The notes under the pieces were generated by a model, which was not told where the DNA came from, did no database searches, and saw nothing but the letters and a program-made list of their open reading frames with translations. The position numbers and the translations under genes are program-made. From Octopus sinensis (taxonomy: Eukaryota), in assembly GCF_006345805.1 (NCBI RefSeq), contig NC_043000.1, positions 100,998,001 to 101,062,000 of the forward strand: a stretch of 64,000 nucleotides of DNA, given 5' to 3'. This document shows positions 26,971 to 39,065 of the stretch, one piece after another; position 1 is the first letter of the stretch, and each line of letters begins with the position of its first letter.

Positions 26971-27308
26971 CAGTGGTTCTCAACTGGGGCCCATATGGTC
27001 CATGAGGGTCCATATAAGATTGGGGGGGGGGGTCTATTCAATAAAATAGTAAATTGGGAATCCACAAAAGTATTTTAAGGGCTCCTGAATATATTTTGCT
27101 TTAAGTGTATGTATTGCTATGTATTGCAAGAAACTTTCTCTAAACTTTCTCTAAAGTTTCACTTAGTTCAACGTACATAAGTTAATGTGTGAAAAACAAA
27201 ATAGGAATCTTGAAAAATGTTTCTATAAAATCAAATGGCTATGGGGGTTCACCAGAATAAAACAGTAAACAAAGGAGTCCATAGATAAAAAATGATTGAG
27301 AACCCCTG
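26971..27308. mobile_element. hAT-type MITE
   Basis: TIRs cagtggttctcaa/ttgagaacccctg; same family as 3097-3732. Confidence 0.8.
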
Positions 27309-29220
27309 GTTTTGAGGCGTGGACACTTGGCATTTGCCCAGGGGCCCTACAGGTCCAGGTCCAGAGGTCCAGTTTTGATCTATGTATGCTTTGCCTCTTA
27401 TCTATGTATGCTTTGTCGATAAATAAATGCTATTGGGTCTAGTACATTGATTTGATTGGGGTCTACAATGCTACTAAGATGGTCTGATCTAGATTAAGGT
27501 AACACAATAGATTAGTGTGTAGTTACTCACAGATACTTTTCAGCCAGCCTTATGCCTCCAAGTTATCTCCTCTTCCTCAACTTCATTCATTATTGTTAGA
27601 GTTGCTTCTGTTCCTTAGAGATAATTGATCTCATGCCACCTCAACTCAAGTATTGTCAACTCACTTGTCTCTTCTCATCTTATAACTCTTGTTATGTCCA
27701 ACCACTTGTTCAGGCCTTACATCAACCACTACCCCAGTCCTCTATCTCCAGAAGTTGACCTTGTGAAATTATATCCTTGTACATGTCTTTTCCACTGAGT
27801 TTCAGACCTTTGATGGCATTGACTCCACCAGTCTCAGAGAGCCCACATAGTCATGGGCATGGCTCCTTCCACCAAATGAATTTATTTTTTATTTAATAAA
27901 AAGAAGTAGCTAATTGTCTTTTCATATACCAATTATATGGTTTTCTCCAACCAATTGGTTTTCTCCAACCAATTCCATTCTCCATCATTGATACTGCTTT
28001 CCCTTCTTTCCTCTCAGACTCCAAACTAATCCCTAGTTCCAGTCCTTACTGCTCCACAATTCCACCTACAAATTTTGACTCAGAGAAGTTCAACCTGAAC
28101 AATTCAGGTTGAATCTCACCAATCTAAGAAGACTCAAGGAGATCACAACTAACCGTTTCTTCCTTTCAACAAAATTTTTTATATAAGCATATTTCAAATT
28201 AAATACACTGTTTATGTGTTTTAATTAATTTGGGAAATAAGGAAATTAATCAAGAATTTGGAGAGATTTAGTTAAATAACTATTTGTTGTCAAGCTAGTT
28301 TTGGGTTATAGGCACAAGCATGGCTATAGGCACAGCCATGGCTGTGTAGGTAAGATGCTTACCTCCCAACCACATGGACCTGGGAATCTGGGTTCAGTAC
28401 CACAGCATGGTGCCTCAGACATGTGTCTTCTAGATACTCAAGGTTGGCTAAAGCTTTATGAGTGTAATTGATAGGCAAGAGTTCTGTCATGTTTATATGT
28501 ATGTGTGAAAGTGCTTGTGCTTTCTTATAAGAAGGAAATAACATATAACATATATATATATATATATATATGTGTGTTTATCTTTTGTTGATGTATATCA
28601 CTGATGTATATAATATAAACATTGAAAAAAGCTGGTGCTTAATGGAAAAAATTTCTTTGAGATAGTTATTCTACATTGATTTAGACAGACATTCCTTTAT
28701 CATTGTCACCATTAGAAATGGCCAACCAGAATGGCCAGCTGGAAATCATTAACCAGTTGGAAACCTGTAACCAGCTGTGTTATTGTTCATGAATTGTTGT
28801 ATAAAATATAAGTTAAAACAATGAAAGAAACAGGTTAGAGTTTATGGGATAAACATCAATACATTAATGGTATTCTTTCTCATTCACAGGGCTGTATTTA
28901 TGTATGGACCAATATGGTCCACAGCTCAAGGGCATTCAAGTTTGCTGTCCTCTTTTAACTCAGAAAAGCTTCAAGCTTAGAATTAAAACTTAAAAATGTA
29001 TTTACAACAACCAAATAAATAGCATGTAATTTATTTTCTTGATAAATTTTTGTTAATCCAGTATGGTTCTTTTAAAATTATTGAGACCACATTTTATTTA
29101 TTGGGCTTGTTTAGATTTAATATGTCATTAAATTTAACTGAGTCTTTCTGAATTTAGAGAGGATTTTTGAAATTTAATGGAGTCTTCTTATTATCTTATT
29201 ATATTTTGAATTAACAAAAT

Positions 29221-29430
29221 TATAGGGACCTGAAAACCTATCAGATCAGGGTCCCCCAAAACCTATCATGTCAGGGGCCCCAAAACCCTATTGGCTCATG
29301 GGCTCCAAAAGCTCATTGGCTCAGAGGCCCCGAAGACCTATCAGTTCAGGGGCTCCAAAGACTTATTGACTCAGGGGTCCCAAAAACCCATCAGCTTAGC
29401 AGCCTTGAAAACCTATTGGTTCAAGGGCCA
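29221..29430. repeat. 25-bp minisatellite (about 8 units), probably subterminal in a decayed DNA transposon
   Basis: tcaggggccccaaaaacctatcagc-like units starting near 29246, 29271, 29295, 29321, 29346, 29371, 29396 and 29421. Confidence 0.8.
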
Positions 29431-29975
29431 AACTAGGTGTAAGTAAATCTAACTTTGTCCATTGGGTGACAGTTTGTGACATCACACCTGTTTCAATTTG
29501 TGTTGCGTTTGGGATGTCATAAAACAATCAGTCCCATAATGCATTTTAGGATGGAACAGTTTCTGTTTGAGCCAACCTCTTTACCTGACCCTCTCCTTGT
29601 TCCTCTCCTTTCTCCTCTTCTCTGATCGACATTTCAAAAAAAAAAAAGATTATCACTTTATACCAAGTATGAAGAAACATTGTAAAAGTATTCTTTCTCC
29701 AAACACTTGTTATTATTGTAACATTGAAAGCTTAGGAAAGATTTTCTTCTCATTTTTGTTGTTGTTTTTATTTTTAAATGTTGTAGCAATGTTGATATTT
29801 TGTTTTTGTTTTTTGTTGTCAAAGATAACTTTTGATCTCTAGCTTTTTTCTAATTTTATTTACTTATTTTCTTTTATTTCTTCCGTTATTTATTTTTTAA
29901 ATATATTTTCTCTTTATATATTTTTCTTATACTTTTTTTAATATAGTTTCCTTATTTACATATTCTCTTTATTTC

Positions 29976-30007
<32 letters not shown>

Positions 30008-30482
30008 TATTTATTTATTTCATTATTTTTACCTCCAATATTTCCTTTCCTTTTTTACCATTGTTGTTGTTATTGTAGTTGTTGTTGTTATCGTCATCAT
30101 CGGCGGCAGCATCGTTGTTGTTCTTCTTTTTGGGCACATTTGATCTTTTTCACTAATATAACAGAAAATACTCCATTTGATTGCTTACACACCATTAATC
30201 AAAAGTCAAAGAACCAGTAGAATCATCTTATTTTAAGTTCTTCATTCCCCAAAGCTACTTAGCTTTTATTTTATATTGTTGTTATTTACCTTCTGTTTCT
30301 TTTTTTTTGTTTATTTGTTTCTCTTTTTTTTGCCCTTTGTAGTTTTTCTGTTTTTCATTTTTCTTTATTAGAACCGATCACAGAATCTAAAGACAATATT
30401 TCCTTTCTTTGAGTGACCCTAAAAAGACCTAGTGTCATTCATACACCACCAAATTTACTACTACTACTACTACTACTACTAC

Positions 30483-30534
<52 letters not shown>

Positions 30535-30615
30535 CATTACTATATCTTCAATGGCTCAAGGGCCAGTATATAAATACAATGCAGAATATGTCATAAGAAA
30601 GAACTTACAAAATAT

Positions 30616-30652
<37 letters not shown>

Positions 30653-30674
30653 TATACACACATGCGTGCACACA

Positions 30675-31055
30675 AGTGTGGCTGTGTGGTAAGAAGTTTG
30701 CTTCTCAACCCCATGGTCCTGAGTTCAGTTTCACTGCAGGTACCTTGGGCACTTGTTTTCTACTATAGCCTTGAGCTGACCAAAGCCTTGTAAGTGGATT
30801 TGATAAACAGAAACTAAAAGAAGCCTTTAGTGTGTGTGTGGGTGTGTGGGTATTTTTAGGTATGTGTTTGTCCCCACGACTGATGTTGTTCACATCTCCA
30901 TTATCTAGTGGTTCAGCAAAAGAGACTGATAAAATAAATGCCAGGCTTAAGAAAATAAGTTCCGGGGTCAATTCATTTGACTAAAACCCTTCAAGGCAGT
31001 ACTGTAGCATGGCCGCAGTCTAATCACTGAAACAAGTAAAAGATAAAAGAATAAA
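30675..31055 (+). mobile_element. SINE family A (older)
   Basis: Diverged match to the family. Confidence 0.8.
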
Positions 31056-31918
31056 GAGGGGTCTCCTTTTTTGATTTATTTTTCCCATCTTTTTGAAAGA
31101 CCAGTGTCCTTTCACATTCTTTCAAAAGAACCAGCCTTGTTGTATATTTGAACCTGCAAAATTGCTTGGAAATACGTGGCATGCTATACAAGCTTGTCAG
31201 ATCATTGTGTTTTTACAGCATGAAACTAACAGGGGCTTGAATTTAAGTCCTGTGCATATCAAGTGATACTTATCTCTCACTGGATGGAGTACTTTTTACT
31301 TTTCTTGCTGGTCCAAGATAGATAGATAGATAGATAGATTGGTAGGTAGGTAGGTAGGTAGGTAGGTAGGTAGGTAGGTATGTAGGTAGGTAGGCAGGCA
31401 GGCAGGCATGTATACATACATATGTACATACATAACATATATACATAACATATACATAACATATATACATGATATACATACATAACATACATACATAACT
31501 TATATAACATACAAACCATACATACATAACTTATATAACATACATACCATACATACATAATATACATACATAACTTATATAACATACATACCATACATAC
31601 ATAATATACATACATAATACACATACACAATATACATACTTAATATACATACATAACACATACATAACATACATGACATATATAACATACGCAACATACA
31701 TACATACATAATTTACATACATACAAACATACGTACATACATACATACATACATACATACATACATACATACATACACACATACATACATACATACACAC
31801 ATACACACATACATACATACATACACACATACATACATACACACATACATACATACATACATACACACATACATACATACATACATACACACATACACAC
31901 ATACATACATACATATAC

Positions 31919-32324
31919 TCTCTCTTTTACTCTTTTACTTGTTTCAGTCATTTGACTGCGACCATGCTGGAGCACCGCCTTTTAGTCGAGCAAATCGACC
32001 CCAGGACTTATTCTTTTGTAAGTCCAGTACTTATTCTATCGGTCTCTTTTGCCGAACCGCTAAGTGACGGGGACGTAAACACACCAGCATCGGTTGTCAA
32101 GCAATGCTAGGGAGACAAACACACACATACACACACACATATATATATATATACATATATACGACAGGCTTCTTTCAGTTTCCGTCTACCAAATCCACTC
32201 ACAAGGCATTGGTCGGCCCGAGGCTATAGCAGAAGACACTTGCCCAAGATGCCGCGCAGTGGGACTGAACCCGGAACCATGTGGCTGGTTAGCAAGCTAC
32301 TTACCACACAGCCACTCCTGCGCC
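31919..32324 (-). mobile_element. SINE family A (tRNA-like head, internal microsatellite), young copy
   Basis: ggcgcaggagtggctgtgtggtaag...gggttcagtccc...gactgaaacaagtaaaagag; more than 12 related copies in the window. Confidence 0.9.
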
Positions 32325-34021
32325 ACATATGTCGACATCTTGCTTAGGTATAGTGATATTAATAACCTGCTATTAGAACTCAATGTACATATGCTTCAGA
32401 ATAAAATGCTAATGAAGTAAGAGTATGATATGAAATGGAATAAAAGAGAAAGGAACAAAAAATTATGCAATAAAGCTTTGAACTTAATTAGCTTACAGCT
32501 TGCTTTCCCAAATAAACTCACATTTCCTTTTCAAAGCTCTGCAGAAGCTGCAAGGAGATGCGCAAGCACTCATCTCTAAATGCACTGTCTTATAGCAGAA
32601 ACTAACACAAATCTACTGATATTATGCGGTGGCCTAGTACTCAATAACAGAGCATTGATAATAGAATATAATGTACCTGTTATAAACTTGGCATGGAGTG
32701 GTGATTCTATCAACTATTACACTCTTCTTTTAGGTTTCTTGTCTTGTTACTAATGTAAGAAACTTATTTAAATCCGAACATTAATTTGTTTTAATTCGTT
32801 TCTTACGTAATTTTCTTTTTATAGTTGAGTTTTATTTTTTGTTTTGATTTTGTTTGGTTTTTTTTTTTTTTTGGTTTTTTTACCCCCAATAATTTTTAAT
32901 TCATGAAAATTATATTACTAGAAATTATGAAAGTTTTGGAAACGAATACAGAAGTGAAAATACTGTGTGACTTATTAGCACATTTCATTAAATAGGTGCA
33001 GTCTAAACACATTTTTATTAAATGCCTTTGAAAATGGCGAAAAGTTAAAAGTAAGTAGGTTGCGTGATGATTACATATGGATAGAAAACTGTCGAAATAA
33101 TCACATTCACACACACACACACAGAAACATGGACATACATACAAACACACACATATGTACAATAATACATACATATACACATGCTTATGAACTCTAGCTC
33201 ATTTCTCAAGTATTCAACATTTTTCTTGATATTTCCTTCGTTTCCTTTTTCTTTAGTTATTATTTACTATTTTTGCTTTCTTTCAGGTGTCTCTAAGATT
33301 TTGAATCATGGAATTCTTCTAATCTTCTAATAGAAAATTACTTTAGAATTTAACGATTTCTTTACACTACCAAACGAAAAAAAAAAACCTTTTAATTATC
33401 ACAGTCATATAATGAATCAATTTGGTCAATTGAATAAATTAGTAGACAATAGTTTTACATATTTCCATGACCCCGGGAGGACGAAAAGCAAATGTTATAC
33501 ATAGTCTGTCTCATGCTCAGGTCTAGTTTGTGTGTATGTGTCTTCTTGGGTTGACATCACACAATCTTCATAAACAAACATCACTATCATGTATATGGTG
33601 TCTTTCATTTTCAGACTTCTTCGAAAACATGTCTGCATAGAACCTTGGGCAAATAAATTTTCTGGCTGGCCAAAGACATGTGAGTGGATATTTGGCAAAC
33701 AGAAACTGAAAGAAGCCTGTTATGTATATATGTGTGTGTGTGTGTATGTGTATACACATACTTACATACATGCATGTATACATACATACATACATACATA
33801 CATACATACATACATACATACATTCGTACATACATACATACATACATACATACATTCGTACATACATACATACATACATACATACATTCGTACATACATA
33901 CATACATACATACATACATAACATACATACATAATACATACATACATACATACATACATACATTTGTACATACATACATGCATACATACATACATACATA
34001 CATACATACATACATACATAC

Positions 34022-34133
34022 ATACAAGATAAGGCATGAATAATGGTCATTACATATTTAATTATTGTAGTAAGGTCAAATTTACTACAATAAAAAAATA
34101 TGTAATGACTATTATTTATGCTTTGTCTTGTAT
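34022..34133. repeat. 112-bp fold-back hairpin
   Basis: atacaagataagg...tgtagtaa / ttactaca...tcttgtat with an 8-nt loop. Confidence 0.9.
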
Positions 34134-34224
34134 TTAACTGTGTGTGAAAACCAGTACTCCACCATGGCTACAGAAACAAGTAAAAGGCAGTATATATATA
34201 TATATATATATACATACATATATA

Positions 34225-34285
34225 TTCTAGCAAAAACTGTCCGACGAACGGAAACGTGAAACTCAGAGTAACAGGTTTTGTTGAA
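34225..34285 (+). ncRNA. Type I hammerhead ribozyme motif (U4C core variant) followed by AATAAA
   Basis: ttctagcaaaaactgt-CCGACGA-ACG-GAAA-CGT-GAAA-CTCAGAG-TA-acaggttttgttgaa. Stem I is about 14 bp; AATAAA at 34301-34306. Confidence 0.8.
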
Positions 34286-34314
34286 TTTTCTGCTGCTTTA
34301 AATAAAGTATATAT

Positions 34315-36197
34315 ATCATCATCATCATCGTCGTTTAACGTCCGTTCTCCATGCTAGCATGGGTTGGACGGTTCGACCGGGGTTCTGGGAAGCCAGAAGG
34401 CTGCACCAGGCTCCAGTCTAATTTGGCAATGTTTCTACAGCTGGATGCCCTTCCTAACGCCAACCACTCCGTGAGTGTAGTGGGTGCTTTTACGTGCCAC
34501 CTGCACAGGTGCCAGGCGGGGCTGGCAACGCCACGGTCAGATTGGTGTATTTTATGTGCCACCGGCACGGAAGCCAGTCGAGCGGTGCTGGCATCGGCCA
34601 CGAGTCGGATAGTGCTTTTTACGTACCACCAGACCAGGGATCCTGGCTGGTTCAATTCGATTTCGATTTTGCTTGCCCCAACATGTCTTCACAAGCAAAG
34701 GGGGTTGGCAAGGGTGCCTGTCGTACGGTCGCATTGGAGTATTTTACGTGCCACGGCCACGAGTCGGATAGTGCTTTTTACGTACCACCAGACCAGGGAT
34801 CCTGGCTGGTTCAATTCGATTTCGATTTCGCTTGCCCCAACATGTCTTCACAAGCAAAGGGGGTTGGCATGGGTGCCTGTCGTACGGTCGCATTGGAGTA
34901 TTTTACGTGCCACGGCCCCGAGTCGGATAGTGCTTTTTACGTACCACCAGGCCAGGGATCCTGCTGGTTCAATTCGGTTTCGATTCGATTTCGATTTCGC
35001 CTGCCCCAACATGTCTTCGCAAGCATGGGGGGTTGGGATGGGTGTCTGTCGTCGGATGAGGTTCTATATCGACTTCGCTTGCCTCACCGGTCTTTGTGTC
35101 CAAGGGAGGAAAGGCATTCATAAGTGGGCTGGGCTCACTTGTCCTGCCTGGTCTTCTCACGTACAGAATATTTCCAAAGGTCTCGGTCTCTGGTCATTTC
35201 CTCAGTGAGGCCTAAAGTTCGAAGGTCGTGCTTCACCACCTCGTCCCAGGTTTTCCTGGGTCTACCTCTTCCACGGGTTCCCTCAACTGCTAGGGATTGG
35301 CACTTTCTCACACCTATCTTCATCCATTCTCGCCACATGACCATACCAGCGCAATCGTCTCTCTTGCACACCACAACTGATGCTTCTTAGGTACAACATT
35401 TCTCTCAAGGTGCTAACGCTCTGTCGAGTATGTACACTGACATTACACATCCATCGGAGCATACTGGCTTCATTCCTCACGAGCTTACGCATGTCCTCAG
35501 CAGTCACAGCCCATGTTTCGCTGCCATGTAGCATGGCTGTTCGTACACACGCATCATACAGTCTGCCTTTTACTCTGAGCGAGAGGCCTTTAGTCACCAG
35601 CAGAGGTAAGAGCTCCCTAAACTTTGCCCAGGCTATTCTTATTCTAGCAGTTACACTTTCAGCGCACTCACCCCCACTACTGACTTGGTCACCTAGATAA
35701 CGGAAGCTATCAACTACTTCTAGTTTTTCCCCCTGGAAAGTGACGGAAGTTGTTTTCTGCAGATTTTCGGAGGTTAATGCTCCCGAGCATCTGCCACATA
35801 CAAAAACTATCTTCCCAGTTAGCCTACCTTTGACATTGCTGCACCTCTTATGTGTCCATAGCTTACACTGGGTACATCTTATAGAGTTTCTACCTACACC
35901 TTTTCTACAGATCGAGCAGGGCCATCTTCCTGAAGATATTTGTGGATTGTCTACCTTTCTACTTATTAGTACTTTGGTTTTAGCTAGGTTGACTCTAAGG
36001 CCCCTTGATTCTAAACCCTCCTTCCACACCTGGAACTTCTCCTCCAGTTCTGATAGTGACTCAGCAATAAGAGCAAGGTCGTCAGCGTAGAGGAGCTCCC
36101 AGGGACAGCCTGTCTTGAATTCCTCCGTAATTGCCTGGAGTACTATGATAAATAGGAGGGGGCTGAGTACTGAACCCTGGTGGACCCCAACCTCTAC
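34315..36197 (-). mobile_element. 5'-truncated RTE-like LINE (RT C-terminus with PHD-like finger, long 3' UTR, (GAT)n tail)
   Basis: GVHQGSVLSP, LLYADD, VNLAKTKV, CSIC..CTQC..WTHKRC..CGRC, FRYLG, LHGSETW, RLRWYGH, RGRPRKTW. Ends ...ggacgttaaacgacgatgatgat; TA runs at both ends; CpG-rich, so probably young. Confidence 0.92.
34595..35052. repeat. 159-bp tandem repeat (about 2.9 units) in the LINE 3' UTR
   Basis: The unit start cggcc(a/c)cgagtcggatagtgc recurs at 34595, 34754 and 34913. Confidence 0.9.
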
Positions 36198-36294
36198 ATA
36201 TATATATATATATATATATATGTCCCAGTTTGTATTTTCTTACATATATATATGTATATATATTGAATTGTGCATGTGTTGATATGTGCCTACT

Positions 36295-36446
36295 TACGAC
36301 AACGTAAATTTCATTTAATCAAGATAACCTTGGCCTGAAGTAGTCTGTGGTATACACCTCACCTGGATATTTACCACTTCTGAGCTTCTCTTCGCTATGA
36401 CACATATGTAGACTGGATCTTATCTACTCTATCTTTAACTCTTGTA
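36295..36446 (+). repeat. Second, more decayed copy of the 23.8-kb hammerhead-bearing repeat
   Basis: Aligns as the reverse complement of about 23800-23950; core reduced to CTGAA-GTAGT...GCTAT-GACA-CATATG-TA. Confidence 0.7.
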
Positions 36447-37036
36447 TAATTTATATATATTTAGGGAAAATAAGAAGAAAAAAGTGCAAATGCACATTGA
36501 ATATCAAAAATATAAAGGCTTTTGTTAATGAAAAGTAGTGATTAGATGAACTGAGGTAGAATTAAGAGGAAATAAATTCATTATTTTGCACTGTTAAAGA
36601 GATTCAAAGTCAAACCAGTGTCATCATTGCTGTTCGTTCTATTACACACACACACACATGTTATATTCATTTCTAATGTAGGCTCATGGCTACAGAACTT
36701 TTGGATGTTAGTGAGAGATCAATTTTCCCACATTGCCCACAGTATTCAACCGATATCTTATTTTATAGACACCTTGCAAGGATGAAAGGCAAGGCTGCCT
36801 TCAGCAAGATTTGAACTCAGAAAGTAAAGCACCAGAATATATACCACAATGCAATTTGTCCCACACTATTGTTTCTGCAAAATCTACTGCCCCAATATAT
36901 ACTGTAATAATAGCCAAATGAGTTGTACAGCTTAATAAAGCAGCATTGCTCTGTTCCGCAAAAACCAAAACTATGTCAATATCCCTAAAATTACGGAGCA
37001 AGATATGAAAAATACTTTTTATTTATATATATTTAT

Positions 37037-37082
<46 letters not shown>

Positions 37083-37546
37083 CATTTCTCATCAAACAAC
37101 CATCGGTTTTCTTTATATTTTTTTTCTGTGCGTGATCAAAAGTATTATCTTTTATCTCGTATCCTTTCTTTTAGTTCTTTAATAACTGGAAATGTTCTGG
37201 AAGACGGCTAAGACGAAACACATTACCATTGTTATTGTCTGTCTAATATAGTTTCTTAATATCCGTGTACAAGTTGTTTGTCCAGCTTTTCCTTTTAAGA
37301 CTTTCTCTTCTTTCTTAATCCATTGTATATGCTACATAATTATATACAATTTCTATCAAGGACCCATTATTATAAACTGTAATTTTGTAGTACAATGTCT
37401 TTGGCAATAAAATATAATAATATCTATCAAGCTATCCATCTTTTTATGAATACCTCTAATTTTCATGGTAACTATCTATCTATCTATCTGTCTGTCTGTC
37501 TATTTGCCTATCTGTCTATTTATCTCCCCTTCTACATGTATGTATG

Positions 37547-37579
<33 letters not shown>

Positions 37580-37627
37580 ATTGGTGAATTGAAGAAATGG
37601 AGCTGAACGCAGATTGAACAGAAATCG

Positions 37628-37724
37628 TTTTATTTCATTCTACACGTGTTTCGAAAGGCACAAATTACCAAAATCCGATTGAATAATGGGACCATATTGT
37701 GTCTTTCTCTTCAGGAAGAAAAAA
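37628..37724 (-). ncRNA. Type I hammerhead ribozyme with canonical core
   Basis: Minus strand: ttcttc-CTGAAGA-GAAAGACACAA-(33 nt loop)-TTGTGCCTTTC-GAAA-CACGTG-TA-gaatgaaa. Stem II is 10/11 paired, stem III is palindromic, GUA cleavage triplet. Confidence 0.88.
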
Positions 37725-37831
37725 GGAAATCCGTTGGAAAAACAAAAACAGAACAGAGGCGGAGCAAAAAACAAATCGAACTGTGCTCCTAAGAGCCCAT
37801 GGCGAAACTGTTTATCAGTGTATCAGTGTAT

Positions 37832-38567
<736 letters not shown>

Positions 38568-38992
38568 AGCACAGGTTCTTATCTATCAATTTCTGTCTTT
38601 CTGTTTATTGATATATTTATCAGCCTGTCTATCAGTCAGTATTTCTTTGTATCTATTTACTTATCTCTCTCTCTACCTACTTACCTACTTATCTGCCTAT
38701 CTGTCTGTTATCTAAGATGTCAGAAACTGTCACCTACATCAGTGACGATAAGTTAAAATTTTTCTTAAAGGAAAATAAAATAATACAGTAAGATAAATAT
38801 ATTATCAGCATCTTCACTCCTATATAATTTTGTATTATTAAAAATTCAGGCAGATGCCTTTTATTAACTTTTATTTCAGCCTAAGTTTCAAACTAGCAGG
38901 CACACCAGTTATTAACATAAGTAACACCATAATAGTTCAAAAATCACTTTCCATACAACCCAGATCTTGGACTTGGGGATTGTGTGCATGTG

Positions 38993-39065
<73 letters not shown>

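Larger units (their letters stand above)
26490..27900 (+). mobile_element. Old CR1/L2/Jockey-type LINE 3' remnant interrupted by SINE and MITEs
   Basis: FYKAQVRFIMEYWLHIWDS resembles the LYKxxVRPxLEYxxxxW motif; the remnant appears to continue after the inserts and ends at aataaa. Confidence 0.5.

Noticed and set aside
28089-28113. 11-bp perfect inverted repeat as a terminator
   Set aside because: Eukaryotic DNA, no associated gene, and too short to interpret.
29221-29430. Regularly spaced repeats as a CRISPR array
   Set aside because: Contiguous degenerate 25-bp tandem units without unique spacers; eukaryotic context and no cas genes.
34351-35208. 285-aa plus-strand ORF as a novel repeat protein
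   Set aside because: It is antisense to the LINE 3' UTR and kept open by a 159-bp tandem repeat in GC-rich sequence.
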